Of a stretch of 64,000 nt of DNA, positions 29,243 to 39,782 are shown in pieces. The stretch comes from a virus (taxonomy: Duplodnaviria > Caudoviricetes). The position numbers were made by a program, and so were the translations under genes. The number at the start of each line of letters is the position of its first letter. The first letter of the stretch is position 1. Under the pieces are notes generated by a model, which was not told where the DNA came from, ran no database searches, and saw nothing but the letters and a program-made list of their open reading frames with translations. Location of the stretch: IMG/VR virus record IMGVR_UViG_3300020718_000009, positions 39,299-103,298 of that record. One strand, written 5' to 3'.

Positions 29243-29457
29243 TGGCGAAACCAGAAGTAGCAGGATTATGCGGATGTGGTCGTAGCCCTACAGGAAAATG
29301 TTGTGGGTGGCATGCCCTCACAGAAGAAATGTATGCACATCAAAAGATGCTTTGGATGGAAGATGACATGCGTAAAGATGCTGAGCTTGAGGATTATAAA
29401 AAACAAGCACAGGAACTTTGGTCAGACAGTTGCACAGCCCCAAGAGCAAAAAAATGA
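29239..29457 (+). CDS. CDGSH-like Fe-S/Zn-binding small protein
   Basis: CGCGRSPTGKCCGWH resembles C-x-C-x2-S-x4-C-D-G-S-H. Confidence 0.55.
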   Translation: MMAKPEVAGLCGCGRSPTGKCCGWHALTEEMYAHQKMLWMEDDMRKDAELEDYKKQAQELWSDSCTAPRAKK

Positions 29458-29473
29458 TTAATAAGGATACGTA

Positions 29474-29680
29474 ATGGATTATATTTCTTGGCTGGCGGCA
29501 ATTTTAATCGGATTTCTTCTTGGTAGATTTACTGCCCCAAGAGAAGTATCTAAGCAAGAAGAACATTTACAAAAAGAAGTTGACAAATTAAATGGTGATG
29601 TACAATATTATAAAAAACTTACACAAACGCTAATTGCAGAAAATTCAAAACTAAGAAAACAATTAAATGAATCCAATTAA
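29474..29680 (+). CDS. TM + coiled-coil small protein
   Basis: AAGGA RBS; N-terminal hydrophobic helix. Confidence 0.65.
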   Translation: MDYISWLAAILIGFLLGRFTAPREVSKQEEHLQKEVDKLNGDVQYYKKLTQTLIAENSKLRKQLNESN

Positions 29681-29888
29681 ATTATTAACACAAACTATTG
29701 ACACTTTATGGATATGGACCTATAGCCTGGTGGCTGGGTGGGGGATTACATTCACTTTATTAGTGGCCATAGTAATTTGGTTATTTGTAAGACAAATTCG
29801 TCTGGAACATAAATTGTCCAAATTAGAAAATAGAGTAGTTATCAACGAGCGAGAACTTAATTTAACTCTTAATAAATGGCAGAAATAA
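29667..29888 (+). CDS. Small membrane protein
   Basis: Hydrophobic central helix. Confidence 0.6.
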   Translation: MNPIKLLTQTIDTLWIWTYSLVAGWGITFTLLVAIVIWLFVRQIRLEHKLSKLENRVVINERELNLTLNKWQK

Positions 29889-30280
29889 ATCCAGAACATG
29901 AAGAATTGTTCAAACATTTACAAGGCATTCAATACATTGTAATTAATACTTGCTACGGTGGATTTAGTCTTAGCCGACAGGCGCAAGAATTATATTTAGA
30001 ACGCGCCGGTATTGAGTATGGATACCAGCCACAGCAAGACAGAGATACCCAAAATCGATTGGGCCCTAAAATCATTGTTGATAATAAAACATGGTGCGAC
30101 GGCCGTGATATTAAAAGAGATGACCCCATATTAGTAGGGGTAATTCGCCAGTTAGGTAGCAATGCCGATGGAGAAAATGCTAAACTTAAAGTTATAGAAG
30201 TTCCGGCTAAAGTTGAATGGGATATAGCAGAATATGATGGCAAGGAATGGGTTGAAGAAAAACATAGGCGTTGGCGCTAA
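29876..30280 (+). CDS. Conserved phage hypothetical protein
   Basis: IVINTCYGGFSLS...RDDP.LV...EYDGKEWV.EKHR.W. Confidence 0.75.
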   Translation: MAEINPEHEELFKHLQGIQYIVINTCYGGFSLSRQAQELYLERAGIEYGYQPQQDRDTQNRLGPKIIVDNKTWCDGRDIKRDDPILVGVIRQLGSNADGENAKLKVIEVPAKVEWDIAEYDGKEWVEEKHRRWR

Positions 30281-30288
30281 ATATTAAT

Positions 30289-32025
30289 ATGATCTTTGGA
30301 TATATAACGCTGTTTACAGCATTATCAATTAGTTTATCGGCAGCAATATATTCTATATTGGGATTAACTGCGATATTTGCTGCTGCCTTTTGGCCCATTG
30401 TTATTATGGGTAGTTCGTTAGAAGTGGGTAAAATTGTTACTACTTTATGGCTACACAAATACTGGGATAAGGCAGAATTACAATATAAATTATATCTATG
30501 TACAGCAGTAGCAGTTCTTATGTTTTTGACCTCAATGGGTGTGTTTGGTTTCTTGTCAAAAGCACATAGCGATCAAGCATTAGTATCAGGTGACTCGGGC
30601 GCTAAGATTGCTGTGTACGATGAAAAGATCAAGATTGAAAAGGATAACATAAATGCTAATCGCAAGGCGCTACAACAAATGGATGCGGCAGTCGATCAGG
30701 TTATGGGTCGGTCTACGGATGAAAAGGGGGCGGACAAAGCAGTGGCTATCCGTCGCTCCCAGGCGAAAGAACGCAGTCGTTTGCTTGCGGAAATTACAGA
30801 TTCGCAGAAAAAAGTCACAGCTCTTAATGAGGAGCGGTTGCCGCTTGCCGCAGAGAATCGTAAAGTGGAGGCTGAGGTTGGGCCAATCAAATACATTGCC
30901 GCATTAATTTATGGTGATAATCCAGATGCCAACTTACTTGAACATGCTGTTCGGTGGGTTATTATTCTTATCGTTTCTGTATTTGACCCTCTTGCACTTA
31001 CTTTACTTTTAGCCGCTACTAAGTCTATTGAATGGGAACACGGAATTAATTTGTTTAATTTAGAAAAGAAAAAACGCGAAGACCAAGACGAAAATGAAAA
31101 CAAAGATGAAGAAGATAACAAACTTAAAGAATGGTTTACCAATGCCAAAAAACGTGCCAAATTTTGGGATAATAATAATAAAGATGTTAATGAAATAAAT
31201 CAGGCTATTCAAGATTTAGAAACTACTCAAAAATTAGAAGAAGCTGAGTTAGAAAAGTTACAAAAAAATTATTATGAACCTGATGATGGCGCATTAACCG
31301 ATGAGCAAATTGAACTAATTCGCGCGGCTGCTCAAGAAGATTTGCCAAAGGGTGAATTACTCGGCAGAACAGAACTATTTCCAAAAAAAACTAATATTGA
31401 CCCACACCCACCAGGATGGATGTTTAGTCAACCAGTTAAAGTACAAAACAAAGAAGACTTACTTGAACGTGGATATTATGTTGGACTTGATTTAGCACCA
31501 ATCCAAAATCCTGCAGTAAAACCAGATGTTGAAACGTTTGGCAACGAATTACAAAAAAGAGCTATGCAAGTTTGGAAAATATCAAATCCAACTAAAACTT
31601 TTCAAGAGTATCTTGACAAATTAAATCAAGGCGAAATTTCAAAACTACCATGGCTAGAAGAAGAAAATATAAATCGCCTTAATTTAAATGGCAGAGATTT
31701 AGCTAATTTAAAATTATCTCTAGATGCCGATAATGTTCCTGCTCCTGTTTCTGGCGAAGTCAAAGGTTTTGGTGTAGCGTTTCCTGCCACCGCCAATAAA
31801 GGAGATATGTTTTTACGAGTTGACGATTTGCCTAGTCAGCTTTATAAGTTTAATGGCGTACAATGGATTCGTGTTAATAAAAATTTAAGTGACAGTTATA
31901 TATACGATGACGCTTATATTGATCATCTAATTGAAAAAATAGGATCAGGCGAATATGATCCTGAGTTGTTAAGTGATATTGAACGTGAACGTATTGCCGA
32001 AAAACTTAAAACTAACTTAGGATAA
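30289..32025 (+). CDS. Multi-TM coiled-coil membrane protein
   Basis: CTAAATA at 30277; N-terminal TMs, coiled coil, EVGPIKY, FDPLA; C-terminal KGDMFLRVD. Confidence 0.75.
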   Translation: MIFGYITLFTALSISLSAAIYSILGLTAIFAAAFWPIVIMGSSLEVGKIVTTLWLHKYWDKAELQYKLYLCTAVAVLMFLTSMGVFGFLSKAHSDQALVSGDSGAKIAVYDEKIKIEKDNINANRKALQQMDAAVDQVMGRSTDEKGADKAVAIRRSQAKERSRLLAEITDSQKKVTALNEERLPLAAENRKVEAEVGPIKYIAALIYGDNPDANLLEHAVRWVIILIVSVFDPLALTLLLAATKSIEWEHGINLFNLEKKKREDQDENENKDEEDNKLKEWFTNAKKRAKFWDNNNKDVNEINQAIQDLETTQKLEEAELEKLQKNYYEPDDGALTDEQIELIRAAAQEDLPKGELLGRTELFPKKTNIDPHPPGWMFSQPVKVQNKEDLLERGYYVGLDLAPIQNPAVKPDVETFGNELQKRAMQVWKISNPTKTFQEYLDKLNQGEISKLPWLEEENINRLNLNGRDLANLKLSLDADNVPAPVSGEVKGFGVAFPATANKGDMFLRVDDLPSQLYKFNGVQWIRVNKNLSDSYIYDDAYIDHLIEKIGSGEYDPELLSDIERERIAEKLKTNLG

Positions 32026-32026
32026 C

Positions 32027-33217
32027 ATGCCAGAAAAAATTAATCATTGCTCTTTTTGTGCCAAACATAAAGGCGTTGTGGAAAAATTAATTGTAGGACA
32101 TAACGTTGCTATATGTAATGAATGCATTGATTTGTGTGGTAGCTTGCTTAAAGACAAGAAAAAAATTGTTAATAAAATTTCTTTATTAGAGATCCCGGAT
32201 CCTAAAGATATCAAAGAGTATTTGGACCAATATGTTGTAGGGCAACCCGAAGCTAAAATTGTATTGTCGGTAGCTATTACTAATCATTATAAACGAATTA
32301 ATAATACCGACAATGAAATTACCAAATCAAATATACTAATGATTGGACCAACCGGAACTGGAAAAACATTATTAGCTCGTACAGTAGCACAATATTTAAA
32401 TGTTCCTTTCGTAGTGGCGGACGCCACTACACTGACTGAAGCAGGGTATGTTGGGGACGATGTTGATTCAGTAATTTTAAGATTATATCAAAATTCTAAC
32501 AATGATGTTGAGCGAACACAAAGAGGAATTATTTTTTTAGATGAAATTGATAAAATTGCTAGAAAAAGTGAAAGCGCCACTGTTAGTCGAGACGTATCGG
32601 GAGAAGGCGTACAACAAGCTCTATTAAAATTAGTAGAAGGAACCAAAGTTAAAATTAATCCTACTGGCGGCAGAAAATCAGAAGCTACCGTAGAAATTGA
32701 TACTACTAATATTTTGTTTATTGCCGGAGGAGCATTTGTTGGGCTTGATAAAATTGTAAAAAATCGAATTCAAGGCACCTCGATGGGGTTTGGGGCAAAG
32801 TTAACTACAACAGAAATAGTAGACTATGAAATAGTTACCCCTGATGATCTAGTTAAATACGGAATGATTCCTGAATTCGTAGGTAGATTTGGATCATCGG
32901 TATCATTACACGAATTAACCAAAGAACAATTAATTAACATTTTAACAGATATAAAACATAATTTTATAGAACAATATCAATGGTTATTTGACCAAGATGG
33001 TGTTAAACTAGAATTTGAGTCAGAATCGCTAGAGTTAATAGCAGAGCTTACACTTAAGACTAAAACAGGAGCTCGCGGGCTACATTCTGAATTAGAACGC
33101 ATATTATTACCGCATATGTTTGATTTACCACGTTATCGTAAACAAAGCATATTAAATGTGGCAATTAACACAACTTTAGTAAATACTCCTATGACACTAG
33201 CACAGGAAAACGAATGA
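32027..33217 (+). CDS. clpX: ATP-dependent Clp protease ATP-binding subunit ClpX
   Basis: CSFC...CNEC Zn finger; GPTGTGKT; TEAGYVG; DEIDK; [14 protein letters not shown]; TGARGL. Confidence 0.95.
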   Translation: MPEKINHCSFCAKHKGVVEKLIVGHNVAICNECIDLCGSLLKDKKKIVNKISLLEIPDPKDIKEYLDQYVVGQPEAKIVLSVAITNHYKRINNTDNEITKSNILMIGPTGTGKTLLARTVAQYLNVPFVVADATTLTEAGYVGDDVDSVILRLYQNSNNDVERTQRGIIFLDEIDKIARKSESATVSRDVSGEGVQQALLKLVEGTKVKINPTGGRKSEATVEIDTTNILFIAGGAFVGLDKIVKNRIQGTSMGFGAKLTTTEIVDYEIVTPDDLVKYGMIPEFVGRFGSSVSLHELTKEQLINILTDIKHNFIEQYQWLFDQDGVKLEFESESLELIAELTLKTKTGARGLHSELERILLPHMFDLPRYRKQSILNVAINTTLVNTPMTLAQENE

Positions 33218-33435
33218 AATTTTACGGAAATTCGGTATTGATTCCTGACGGCAACGTAGAAAAAGCCCTTAGAAAGTTTAAGAAAAAAGTTCAAGAATCT
33301 GGATTACTTGATGAACTCCGCGCCCGCGAAACTTACGAAAAACCTACCACTGAACGCAAACGTAAAAAAGGTGCTGCCAAAGCTCGTTGGCGCAAGAAGC
33401 TTAGAGATCAACAATTACCTAAAAAGTTATTCTAA
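33214..33435 (+). CDS. rpsU: Ribosomal protein bS21
   Basis: [11 protein letters not shown]...G.L.E.R.RE.YEKPT.ERKRKK. Confidence 0.9.
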   Translation: MKFYGNSVLIPDGNVEKALRKFKKKVQESGLLDELRARETYEKPTTERKRKKGAAKARWRKKLRDQQLPKKLF

Positions 33436-33797
33436 TGAAAATAAACAAACCCTGGGGATACCACCTAATGCTAGATTGTCAAGGTATGAACGACAACATC
33501 ACTAGCAAAGCCTGTTTAAAAGAGTTCATAGCAGATTTGATTAAACAAATTAAAATGGAAGCCGTGGGCAAGCCTGTAATTAAATATTTGCTCGAAGGAC
33601 ATCAAAATAGCGGATACAGTTTAGTTCAATTAATTCAAACTAGTAATATTACTGGACATTTTATGGATCAAGACAGAACAGCTTACATTGATGTATTCAG
33701 CTGTAAAAAGTTTAATCCAAAAATAGTAGAAAAGATAGTGAAAAAACATTTTGGAACTACTAAAATTAAATCCAAGATAGTTACCAGAACTGCTTAA
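33435..33797 (+). CDS. S-adenosylmethionine decarboxylase-family proenzyme
   Basis: GYHLMLDC; GYSLVQLIQTSNITGHF; YIDVFSCK.F. Confidence 0.8.
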   Translation: MKINKPWGYHLMLDCQGMNDNITSKACLKEFIADLIKQIKMEAVGKPVIKYLLEGHQNSGYSLVQLIQTSNITGHFMDQDRTAYIDVFSCKKFNPKIVEKIVKKHFGTTKIKSKIVTRTA

Positions 33798-33850
33798 ATT
33801 TAACCGAATTATATTTGTATATAATGATTGTGTAGTATAATAAATAGTAT

Positions 33851-33907
33851 TGTAAATGCCCAGGTGGGGTTTACATTTAATTCTTGCTTAACTAAAGGAG
33901 AAACAAC
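33851..33907 (+). promoter_or_regulatory. ROSE-like RNA thermometer upstream of dnaK
   Basis: Bulged hairpin TGTAAAtGCCC...GGGgTTTACA, then CTTGCT-TAACTA-AAGGAG. Confidence 0.6.
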
Positions 33908-35809
33908 ATGAGCAAAATCATAGGCATTGACCTAGGCACAACCAATTCGTGCGTTTCAGTAATTGAAAATAACATTCCTAAAGTAATTGAAAACAGTGAA
34001 GGTGCTAGAACTACACCATCCATTGTAGCTTACACCGCTAATGAAATATTAGTAGGAGCAACAGCCAAACGACAATCTGTTACTAACCCAACAAACACAA
34101 TCTACGCTGCCAAAAGATTAATTGGTCGTAAATTTAAAGAAGAAGCTGTCCAAAAAGACATCGACTTAATGCCTTACAAAATTATTGAAGCTGATAATGG
34201 CGATGCTTGGATTCAAACAAATGGCCAAGACTTAGCACCGCCACAAGTATCAGCGGAAGTATTGCGCAAGATGAAAAAGACCGCAGAGGACTATTTAGGT
34301 GAAACAGTTACTCAAGCAGTCATTACAGTACCAGCATACTTCAATGATAGTCAAAGACAAGCAACTAAAGACGCTGGTAAAATCGCCGGTTTAGAAGTAC
34401 TTCGCATTATTAACGAACCAACTGCGGCAGCTCTTGCTTATGGTGTTGATAAAGCTAGTACTAAAGACCGAAAAATCGCTGTTTACGATCTTGGTGGTGG
34501 TACATTTGATGTTTCAATTATTGAAATCGCCAATGTAGACGGTGATAAACAAATTGAAGTATTGTCAACAAACGGTGATACATTTTTAGGTGGCGAAGAC
34601 TTTGACCAACGCATCATGGATTATCTATGCGACGAGTTTAAGAAAGAGTCTGGTATTGATCTTAAGAAAGATATGTTAGCACTACAGCGTTTGAAAGACG
34701 CTGCTGAAAAAGCTAAAATTGAATTATCTTCAACCCAACAGACTACAGTCAACTTGCCATACGTAACAGCAGACGCAACTGGTCCTAAACATTTGAATGT
34801 TACCATTTCTCGTTCTAAACTTGAAAGTTTAGTTGACGAATTAATTCAACGTTCAGTTGGGCCATGTAAAACTGCTATGGCAGACGCCGGTGTAAGCACA
34901 AGCGATATTGACGAAGTTATTCTTGTTGGTGGTATGACACGTATGCCTAAAGTTCAAGAAACAGTTGAAAAACTATTCGGCAAAGCTCCTCGTAAAGATG
35001 TCAATCCAGACGAAGCAGTAGCAGCTGGTGCGGCTATTCAAGGCGCAGTATTAGGCGGCGATCGCAATGATGTGCTATTACTTGATGTAACACCATTAAG
35101 CCTTGGTATTGAAACTATGGGCGGAGTAATGACCAAACTGATTCAAAAGAATACAACTATTCCGACTAAAGCCAACCAAGTGTTTAGTACTGCTGAAGAC
35201 AATCAACCAGCGGTTACAATTAAAGTTTACCAAGGCGAACGTGAGCTATGCTCCTATAATAAACTCTTAGGTGAATTTAATTTAGAAGGAATTCAGCCAC
35301 AACGCCGCGGTCACCCACAAATTGATGTCGAACTTGACATTGACGCCAATGGTATTTTAAGTGTTAAAGCCAAAGATAAAACAACTGGCAAAGAAAATAA
35401 AATTACGATTAAAGCCAACAGTGGATTATCTGATGAAGAAATTCAAAAAATGATCAAAGAAGCGGAAGCAAACGAAGCTGACGATAAAAAACAAGTAGAA
35501 CTTATCCAAGCTCGCAATCAAGCTGATGCTATGATACACGAAATTCGCAAGGATTTAGAAGAAACTAGTAATGTATTAAGTACCACACAAATTGATGATA
35601 TTAATACAGCTATTAAAGATGTCGAAGAAGCAGTAAAAGGCAATGACAAAGATGCTATTCAAACAAAAGTATCTGCGTTACTAACTGCCGCGGCAACAAT
35701 TCAAGAAGCAAAGGCAAAAGCAGCTCAACCAGCCGCCGAGCCACAAGAGTCAGCTAAGCCAGCCGATGACGACAACGTCGTAGACGCTGACTTTACTGAA
35801 AAGCAGTAA
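33908..35809 (+). CDS. dnaK: Chaperone DnaK (Hsp70)
   Basis: [38 protein letters not shown]; DADF tail. Confidence 0.98.
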   Translation: MSKIIGIDLGTTNSCVSVIENNIPKVIENSEGARTTPSIVAYTANEILVGATAKRQSVTNPTNTIYAAKRLIGRKFKEEAVQKDIDLMPYKIIEADNGDAWIQTNGQDLAPPQVSAEVLRKMKKTAEDYLGETVTQAVITVPAYFNDSQRQATKDAGKIAGLEVLRIINEPTAAALAYGVDKASTKDRKIAVYDLGGGTFDVSIIEIANVDGDKQIEVLSTNGDTFLGGEDFDQRIMDYLCDEFKKESGIDLKKDMLALQRLKDAAEKAKIELSSTQQTTVNLPYVTADATGPKHLNVTISRSKLESLVDELIQRSVGPCKTAMADAGVSTSDIDEVILVGGMTRMPKVQETVEKLFGKAPRKDVNPDEAVAAGAAIQGAVLGGDRNDVLLLDVTPLSLGIETMGGVMTKLIQKNTTIPTKANQVFSTAEDNQPAVTIKVYQGERELCSYNKLLGEFNLEGIQPQRRGHPQIDVELDIDANGILSVKAKDKTTGKENKITIKANSGLSDEEIQKMIKEAEANEADDKKQVELIQARNQADAMIHEIRKDLEETSNVLSTTQIDDINTAIKDVEEAVKGNDKDAIQTKVSALLTAAATIQEAKAKAAQPAAEPQESAKPADDDNVVDADFTEKQ

Positions 35810-35819
35810 AAGGAAATTG

Positions 35820-35874
35820 CGTGGGTGCCTAACTGGGCCCACGTTAGTCACTTGCTTAATTAAAGGAGAATAAA
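35820..35874 (+). promoter_or_regulatory. ROSE-like RNA thermometer upstream of sHSP
   Basis: CGTGGGtGCC...GGgCCCACG hairpin, then CTTGCT-TAATTA-AAGGAG. Confidence 0.65.
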
Positions 35875-36315
35875 ATGACTAAACTTACAGCATTAGATTT
35901 AAACCCATTCTATCGTAACTCTATTGGAGTCGATAAACTATTTGATCGTATTATCAGTCAAATCGATACGGCTAGTACCCAAAACTATCCGCCATATAAC
36001 ATTTTGAAAACTGGCGAAAATACTTTTGAAGTTCAAGTAGCTGTAGCTGGATTTACTCAAGGTGAAATTGAAGTTTCAGTTCGAGAAGGTAATTTAATTA
36101 TCACTGGAGATAAAATACCGGAAGAGTTAATAGCAGGTACTGAATACACCTATAAAGGTATTTCAGATCGCCGCTTTATTCGTACATTCAGTTTAGCTGA
36201 TTATGTTGAAGTAAGCACCGCATCCGTTAAAAACGGCATTTTAATAGTTAAATTAGAGCGTCATATTCCGGAAGCACTTCAACCTAAAAGTATTGCTATT
36301 ACATACGAATCGTAA
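35875..36315 (+). CDS. Small heat-shock protein (IbpA/Hsp20)
   Basis: NYPPYNI, AVAGF, YKGIS.R.F.R.F.L, NGIL and PKSIAI. Confidence 0.93.
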   Translation: MTKLTALDLNPFYRNSIGVDKLFDRIISQIDTASTQNYPPYNILKTGENTFEVQVAVAGFTQGEIEVSVREGNLIITGDKIPEELIAGTEYTYKGISDRRFIRTFSLADYVEVSTASVKNGILIVKLERHIPEALQPKSIAITYES

Positions 36316-36373
36316 TACAATAGTAAATACAGTAAAGGGGCAAGGTGTCCCTTTACTAAAAAAAGGAACTGGT

Positions 36374-36682
36374 ATGTCACACGTAGATGTAATTACTCAA
36401 ATACAAACTAATAATCAACTTAAAGAGCCTCCAATGTTCAAAGTTATCTATTTAAATGATAGTGGAACAACTATGCAATTTGTCATTGAATCGTTAGTAA
36501 ATTTCTTTGATTATGCTGTAGATACCGCAGTAAAAATTACACAAGATATACACGAAGCCGGGTCGGCAGTCGTGGCAGTATTGCCTTACGAAATTGCTGA
36601 ACAAAAGGGCATTGAAGTTACGATGTCAGCACGAACATCAAATATGCCGTTACAAATTAAATTAGAACCAGAAACAGCTTAA
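36374..36682 (+). CDS. clpS: Clp protease adaptor ClpS
   Basis: PPMFKVIYLND..T.M.FV; IHEAGSAVV...YEIAEQK. Confidence 0.88.
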   Translation: MSHVDVITQIQTNNQLKEPPMFKVIYLNDSGTTMQFVIESLVNFFDYAVDTAVKITQDIHEAGSAVVAVLPYEIAEQKGIEVTMSARTSNMPLQIKLEPETA

Positions 36683-37467
36683 ACTTTTACGCTAATTCTT
36701 TTGGGATAATAAGCAACTTGCGAATATGGTGTATTTCCTCTACCACGAGGATTACTTACATAGCGAACGCCGTCTATGGTAACATCTACGGGTTTATGAT
36801 AATGCCCAAAACACCAAGTTTTAATTTTATGTTCGGTGTCTTGGGTTAATGCCAATTGAAGATGACTATTGCCCATAGCATTGAATCTCCAAGTATCTAT
36901 TAACTCTAAATCGTGCTGTATGATTTTTGGTGTAGGCACGGTATGAGAAATTATAATAATTGATTTAACATCATTATGTGTTTGTAACTTATGTACGCTA
37001 TTTGCCAAATATGCCGAATCGTGATATGCCAAGCCATTCATACTTAACGCCGCTGATTCACTAATGCCATCTCTTTCTTGCACCCATTTTACAGATTGAT
37101 CCACTTCTAAGTTTGGATCAAAATCATAACTCCACCAACCATTAGTAGCCAAAATAGCAACGCCATTTATGATTACAACGTTATCTTGCATATAAACAAC
37201 TTTTGGAATAGACTCCACAAGAGCGCTGAGTTCAGAATAACTTTGAGATAAATCTTCGGCATAATCTTTATGTTCGTCATTCCCATCTATATAAAAAACT
37301 CCTTGATAAACCTCGCTCAATTGCTCTAAGGTATCAATAACCAACGCTCGATCTCTGGCAATATCCCCTGCTACTATACAAAATGAAGCAGTTGGTTGTC
37401 CGCTCCAATCAAAATGATTCCAGGTTTCTCTATGAATATCACTAATAAGGTCAAAATTAAATAACAT
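36679..37467 (-). CDS. Calcineurin-like metallophosphoesterase
   Basis: SDIH, AGD, GNDEH, SHTVP and FGHYH; SNPRG. Confidence 0.85.
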   Translation of the reverse strand: MLFNFDLISDIHRETWNHFDWSGQPTASFCIVAGDIARDRALVIDTLEQLSEVYQGVFYIDGNDEHKDYAEDLSQSYSELSALVESIPKVVYMQDNVVIINGVAILATNGWWSYDFDPNLEVDQSVKWVQERDGISESAALSMNGLAYHDSAYLANSVHKLQTHNDVKSIIIISHTVPTPKIIQHDLELIDTWRFNAMGNSHLQLALTQDTEHKIKTWCFGHYHKPVDVTIDGVRYVSNPRGRGNTPYSQVAYYPKRISVKV

Positions 37468-37520
37468 ATAAATTTTTAGCAGTCTGTAAAGTAAGATAAT
37501 TATTTAACTAGGAGCGCACA

Positions 37521-37871
37521 TTGAATATTATTTTTGGAACCAAAGAAGCAGAAAAATTAAAAGAAAAATATATAGTGATAGAATTAGACACTATTACTAT
37601 CAAATCTAGCACACCCATAACAGTTTACTGCGTAATAGAAAATATGCCGCTTGATCAAATGCCAAAAGTTGAATTTCATCAAGAACTTCACACCGAGTTA
37701 ATGAAAAATTATAGAAATCGACAATGGAAGTTTTGTGAACAGGCAATTGAACAATTATTGGGTTTTTGGGGACAGCAAATAGATTCATTTTATGCTATAT
37801 TACATTCTCGAATATTAGATTATCAAAGAAACGAACCAGACGAAAGTTGGACTGGTATCATATCAAAATAA
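37521..37871 (+). CDS. Protein resembling the C-terminal tail of class III adenylate/guanylate cyclases
   Basis: ELDTI...VY...YRNRQW...Y...RI..Y...PDESWTG; no catalytic core. Confidence 0.5.
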   Translation: MNIIFGTKEAEKLKEKYIVIELDTITIKSSTPITVYCVIENMPLDQMPKVEFHQELHTELMKNYRNRQWKFCEQAIEQLLGFWGQQIDSFYAILHSRILDYQRNEPDESWTGIISK

Positions 37872-37949
37872 CTTATTTTTATAATAATTAACAATATTTA
37901 CTTGATTTTAAGTCAAAGCTAAGTACTATGATAGATTTAAGGAGAAAAT

Positions 37950-39194
37950 ATGTCCAATACATCATTTGTATTAGATTCGGCAACCATAGAAGCTTTAGTA
38001 CATCAAACGGTACAATCTAATATTATATCTACTATAGAGAATATGGTTCAGGATGTAAATTGGTTAGCACGAATAGAAAAACTGATTGAGCAAAATACTC
38101 AAGAAAAAACACTTGCCAGAATTAATTCAGTTGATGTAGAAAAATTAATCACAGAAGAAATTGATAAAAAATTAATAAATGTTTCTTTAAGTGAGGAAGT
38201 AATTTCAAAATTAATAAATCAAATAGTACAAGATAAAATCTTAAAAACGGTTGAAAATATGAATCAAGATTCTTCTTGGCTTACTCGAATTGAAAATATA
38301 ATAAGTCAGACAATAGCTTTAGAAACTATTGCTCGTGTGGGGTCAATAGACATCAACAGCACGATTAATCAAAGAATAGACAAAAATTATAAAAAATTCC
38401 GCGAGGGTTTTAATGGCATTAATGATGAATCATCTCAAGTTCAATTGACTATTATGGATGATGTTACAGTAGTAGAAAATATTTTAACTGCTCGAGAAAT
38501 AAACATTATAGATGGCGCGACTATTAACAATTTATCAGTTAAAGGATCTATTAATACCGATAACGAATCTTGGAATGTTTTAGCAAAAAATATAAGCGAA
38601 AAAACCTTAGAACAATTAAGCGATAAATGGAAAGAACAATTAATAGAACAAACAGTACAACAAATTAAAAATAATGGTATCGCTATTGATGATGTAAAAG
38701 TTGGCGGTGAATCATTTATTATTGGAAATACGTTAGGGGCTGGGATTACAGAAAGTCATTTACAAACTGTGGGAACTTTACAAAAATTATCTGTAGCAGG
38801 CGAAGCAAATTTTAATAATACACTAGCAGTTACAAATAAACGTATAGGAGTTAATACTGATAACCCTGAAATGTCACTTAGTGTTTGGGACGAAGAAGTT
38901 TCCGTTAGTATTGGAAAATTCAAATTAAATCAAGCGTATATAGGCACCACACGTCAGCAAGGATTGTCATTAGGTGTTAATCGTATTCCGCAATTAGATA
39001 TTTCAATTGATGGTATAACCACTGTTAAAAAATTACGTATAGGTGTACATATGATTTCCCATGCCACGGAAGTTCCTGGATGGGCTGGAACTCGTGGCGA
39101 TATAGTATTCAATGCTAACCCCAAAGAAGATTTGGTATTTGCTTGGGTATGTTTAGGCGGGTTTAAATGGCAGGTGTTAAAGAGTGCAGTATGA
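37950..39194 (+). CDS. Hypothetical (probably virion-associated) protein
   Basis: AGGAG RBS; internal repeat; SHLQTVGTL, RIGVNT and GDIVFN...WVC. Confidence 0.7.
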   Translation: MSNTSFVLDSATIEALVHQTVQSNIISTIENMVQDVNWLARIEKLIEQNTQEKTLARINSVDVEKLITEEIDKKLINVSLSEEVISKLINQIVQDKILKTVENMNQDSSWLTRIENIISQTIALETIARVGSIDINSTINQRIDKNYKKFREGFNGINDESSQVQLTIMDDVTVVENILTAREINIIDGATINNLSVKGSINTDNESWNVLAKNISEKTLEQLSDKWKEQLIEQTVQQIKNNGIAIDDVKVGGESFIIGNTLGAGITESHLQTVGTLQKLSVAGEANFNNTLAVTNKRIGVNTDNPEMSLSVWDEEVSVSIGKFKLNQAYIGTTRQQGLSLGVNRIPQLDISIDGITTVKKLRIGVHMISHATEVPGWAGTRGDIVFNANPKEDLVFAWVCLGGFKWQVLKSAV

Positions 39195-39751
39195 ACATTC
39201 AATGGGTATTAAGTGACAATTTAATATTAGATCCCGCTATTGATATAATGCGTATGAAGCGCAGTGGCGCTTTTTGGGGCTCTTGGAAAACCTGGCGAGC
39301 ATACAATACCGATAATGTTATTTGTCATGACAGCAATAAAGCAAAAGAACTTATTAAGCAAGCATTTCAAGCAACTTGCAATTTATACATACCAAATTCA
39401 GTTTATAAAGAATTAAGTCAACCTAAAGGTGTAAGATTGTATGAAGGTGATTTTATGGGTCACAATGTTAACAATCAAGATGAAATAGTAGCAATGAATT
39501 TGGCGGCGTCGATATGTGATGTTGTTTTGCTTGTTGGATTTGATTGGTCAGATTCCCCCAAATCTAAAGATAAACCAGAGGATATAACAATTCAAAACTA
39601 TAAAGGATTAGTGGCTCAGGCAATCAAATCTACTCCGCATGTACAATGGATTTTAGTAGATCATCCAAAAAAAATACGCAAAGATTTAAAAAAATTATCA
39701 AATATTGATAAAGACTCTTTTGATAACGTACTATCCATTCTAAACGGTTGA
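39191..39751 (+). CDS. Hypothetical protein (Rossmann-like)
   Basis: ATGA-coupled; VLLVGFD. Confidence 0.65.
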   Translation: MNIQWVLSDNLILDPAIDIMRMKRSGAFWGSWKTWRAYNTDNVICHDSNKAKELIKQAFQATCNLYIPNSVYKELSQPKGVRLYEGDFMGHNVNNQDEIVAMNLAASICDVVLLVGFDWSDSPKSKDKPEDITIQNYKGLVAQAIKSTPHVQWILVDHPKKIRKDLKKLSNIDKDSFDNVLSILNG

Positions 39752-39776
39752 CATTTAATTTGTGTTATAGTATTAT
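39748..39776 (+). promoter_or_regulatory. sigma70 promoter
   Basis: TTGACA-17-TATTAT. Confidence 0.7.
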
Positions 39777-39782
39777 TATAAC

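Noticed and set aside
32027-36682. Host chromosomal contamination (clpX, rpsU, dnaK)
   Set aside because: Genes overlap or abut phage-type ORFs, share phage late boxes and composition, and lack the usual bacterial neighbours (tig, lon, dnaJ, grpE)
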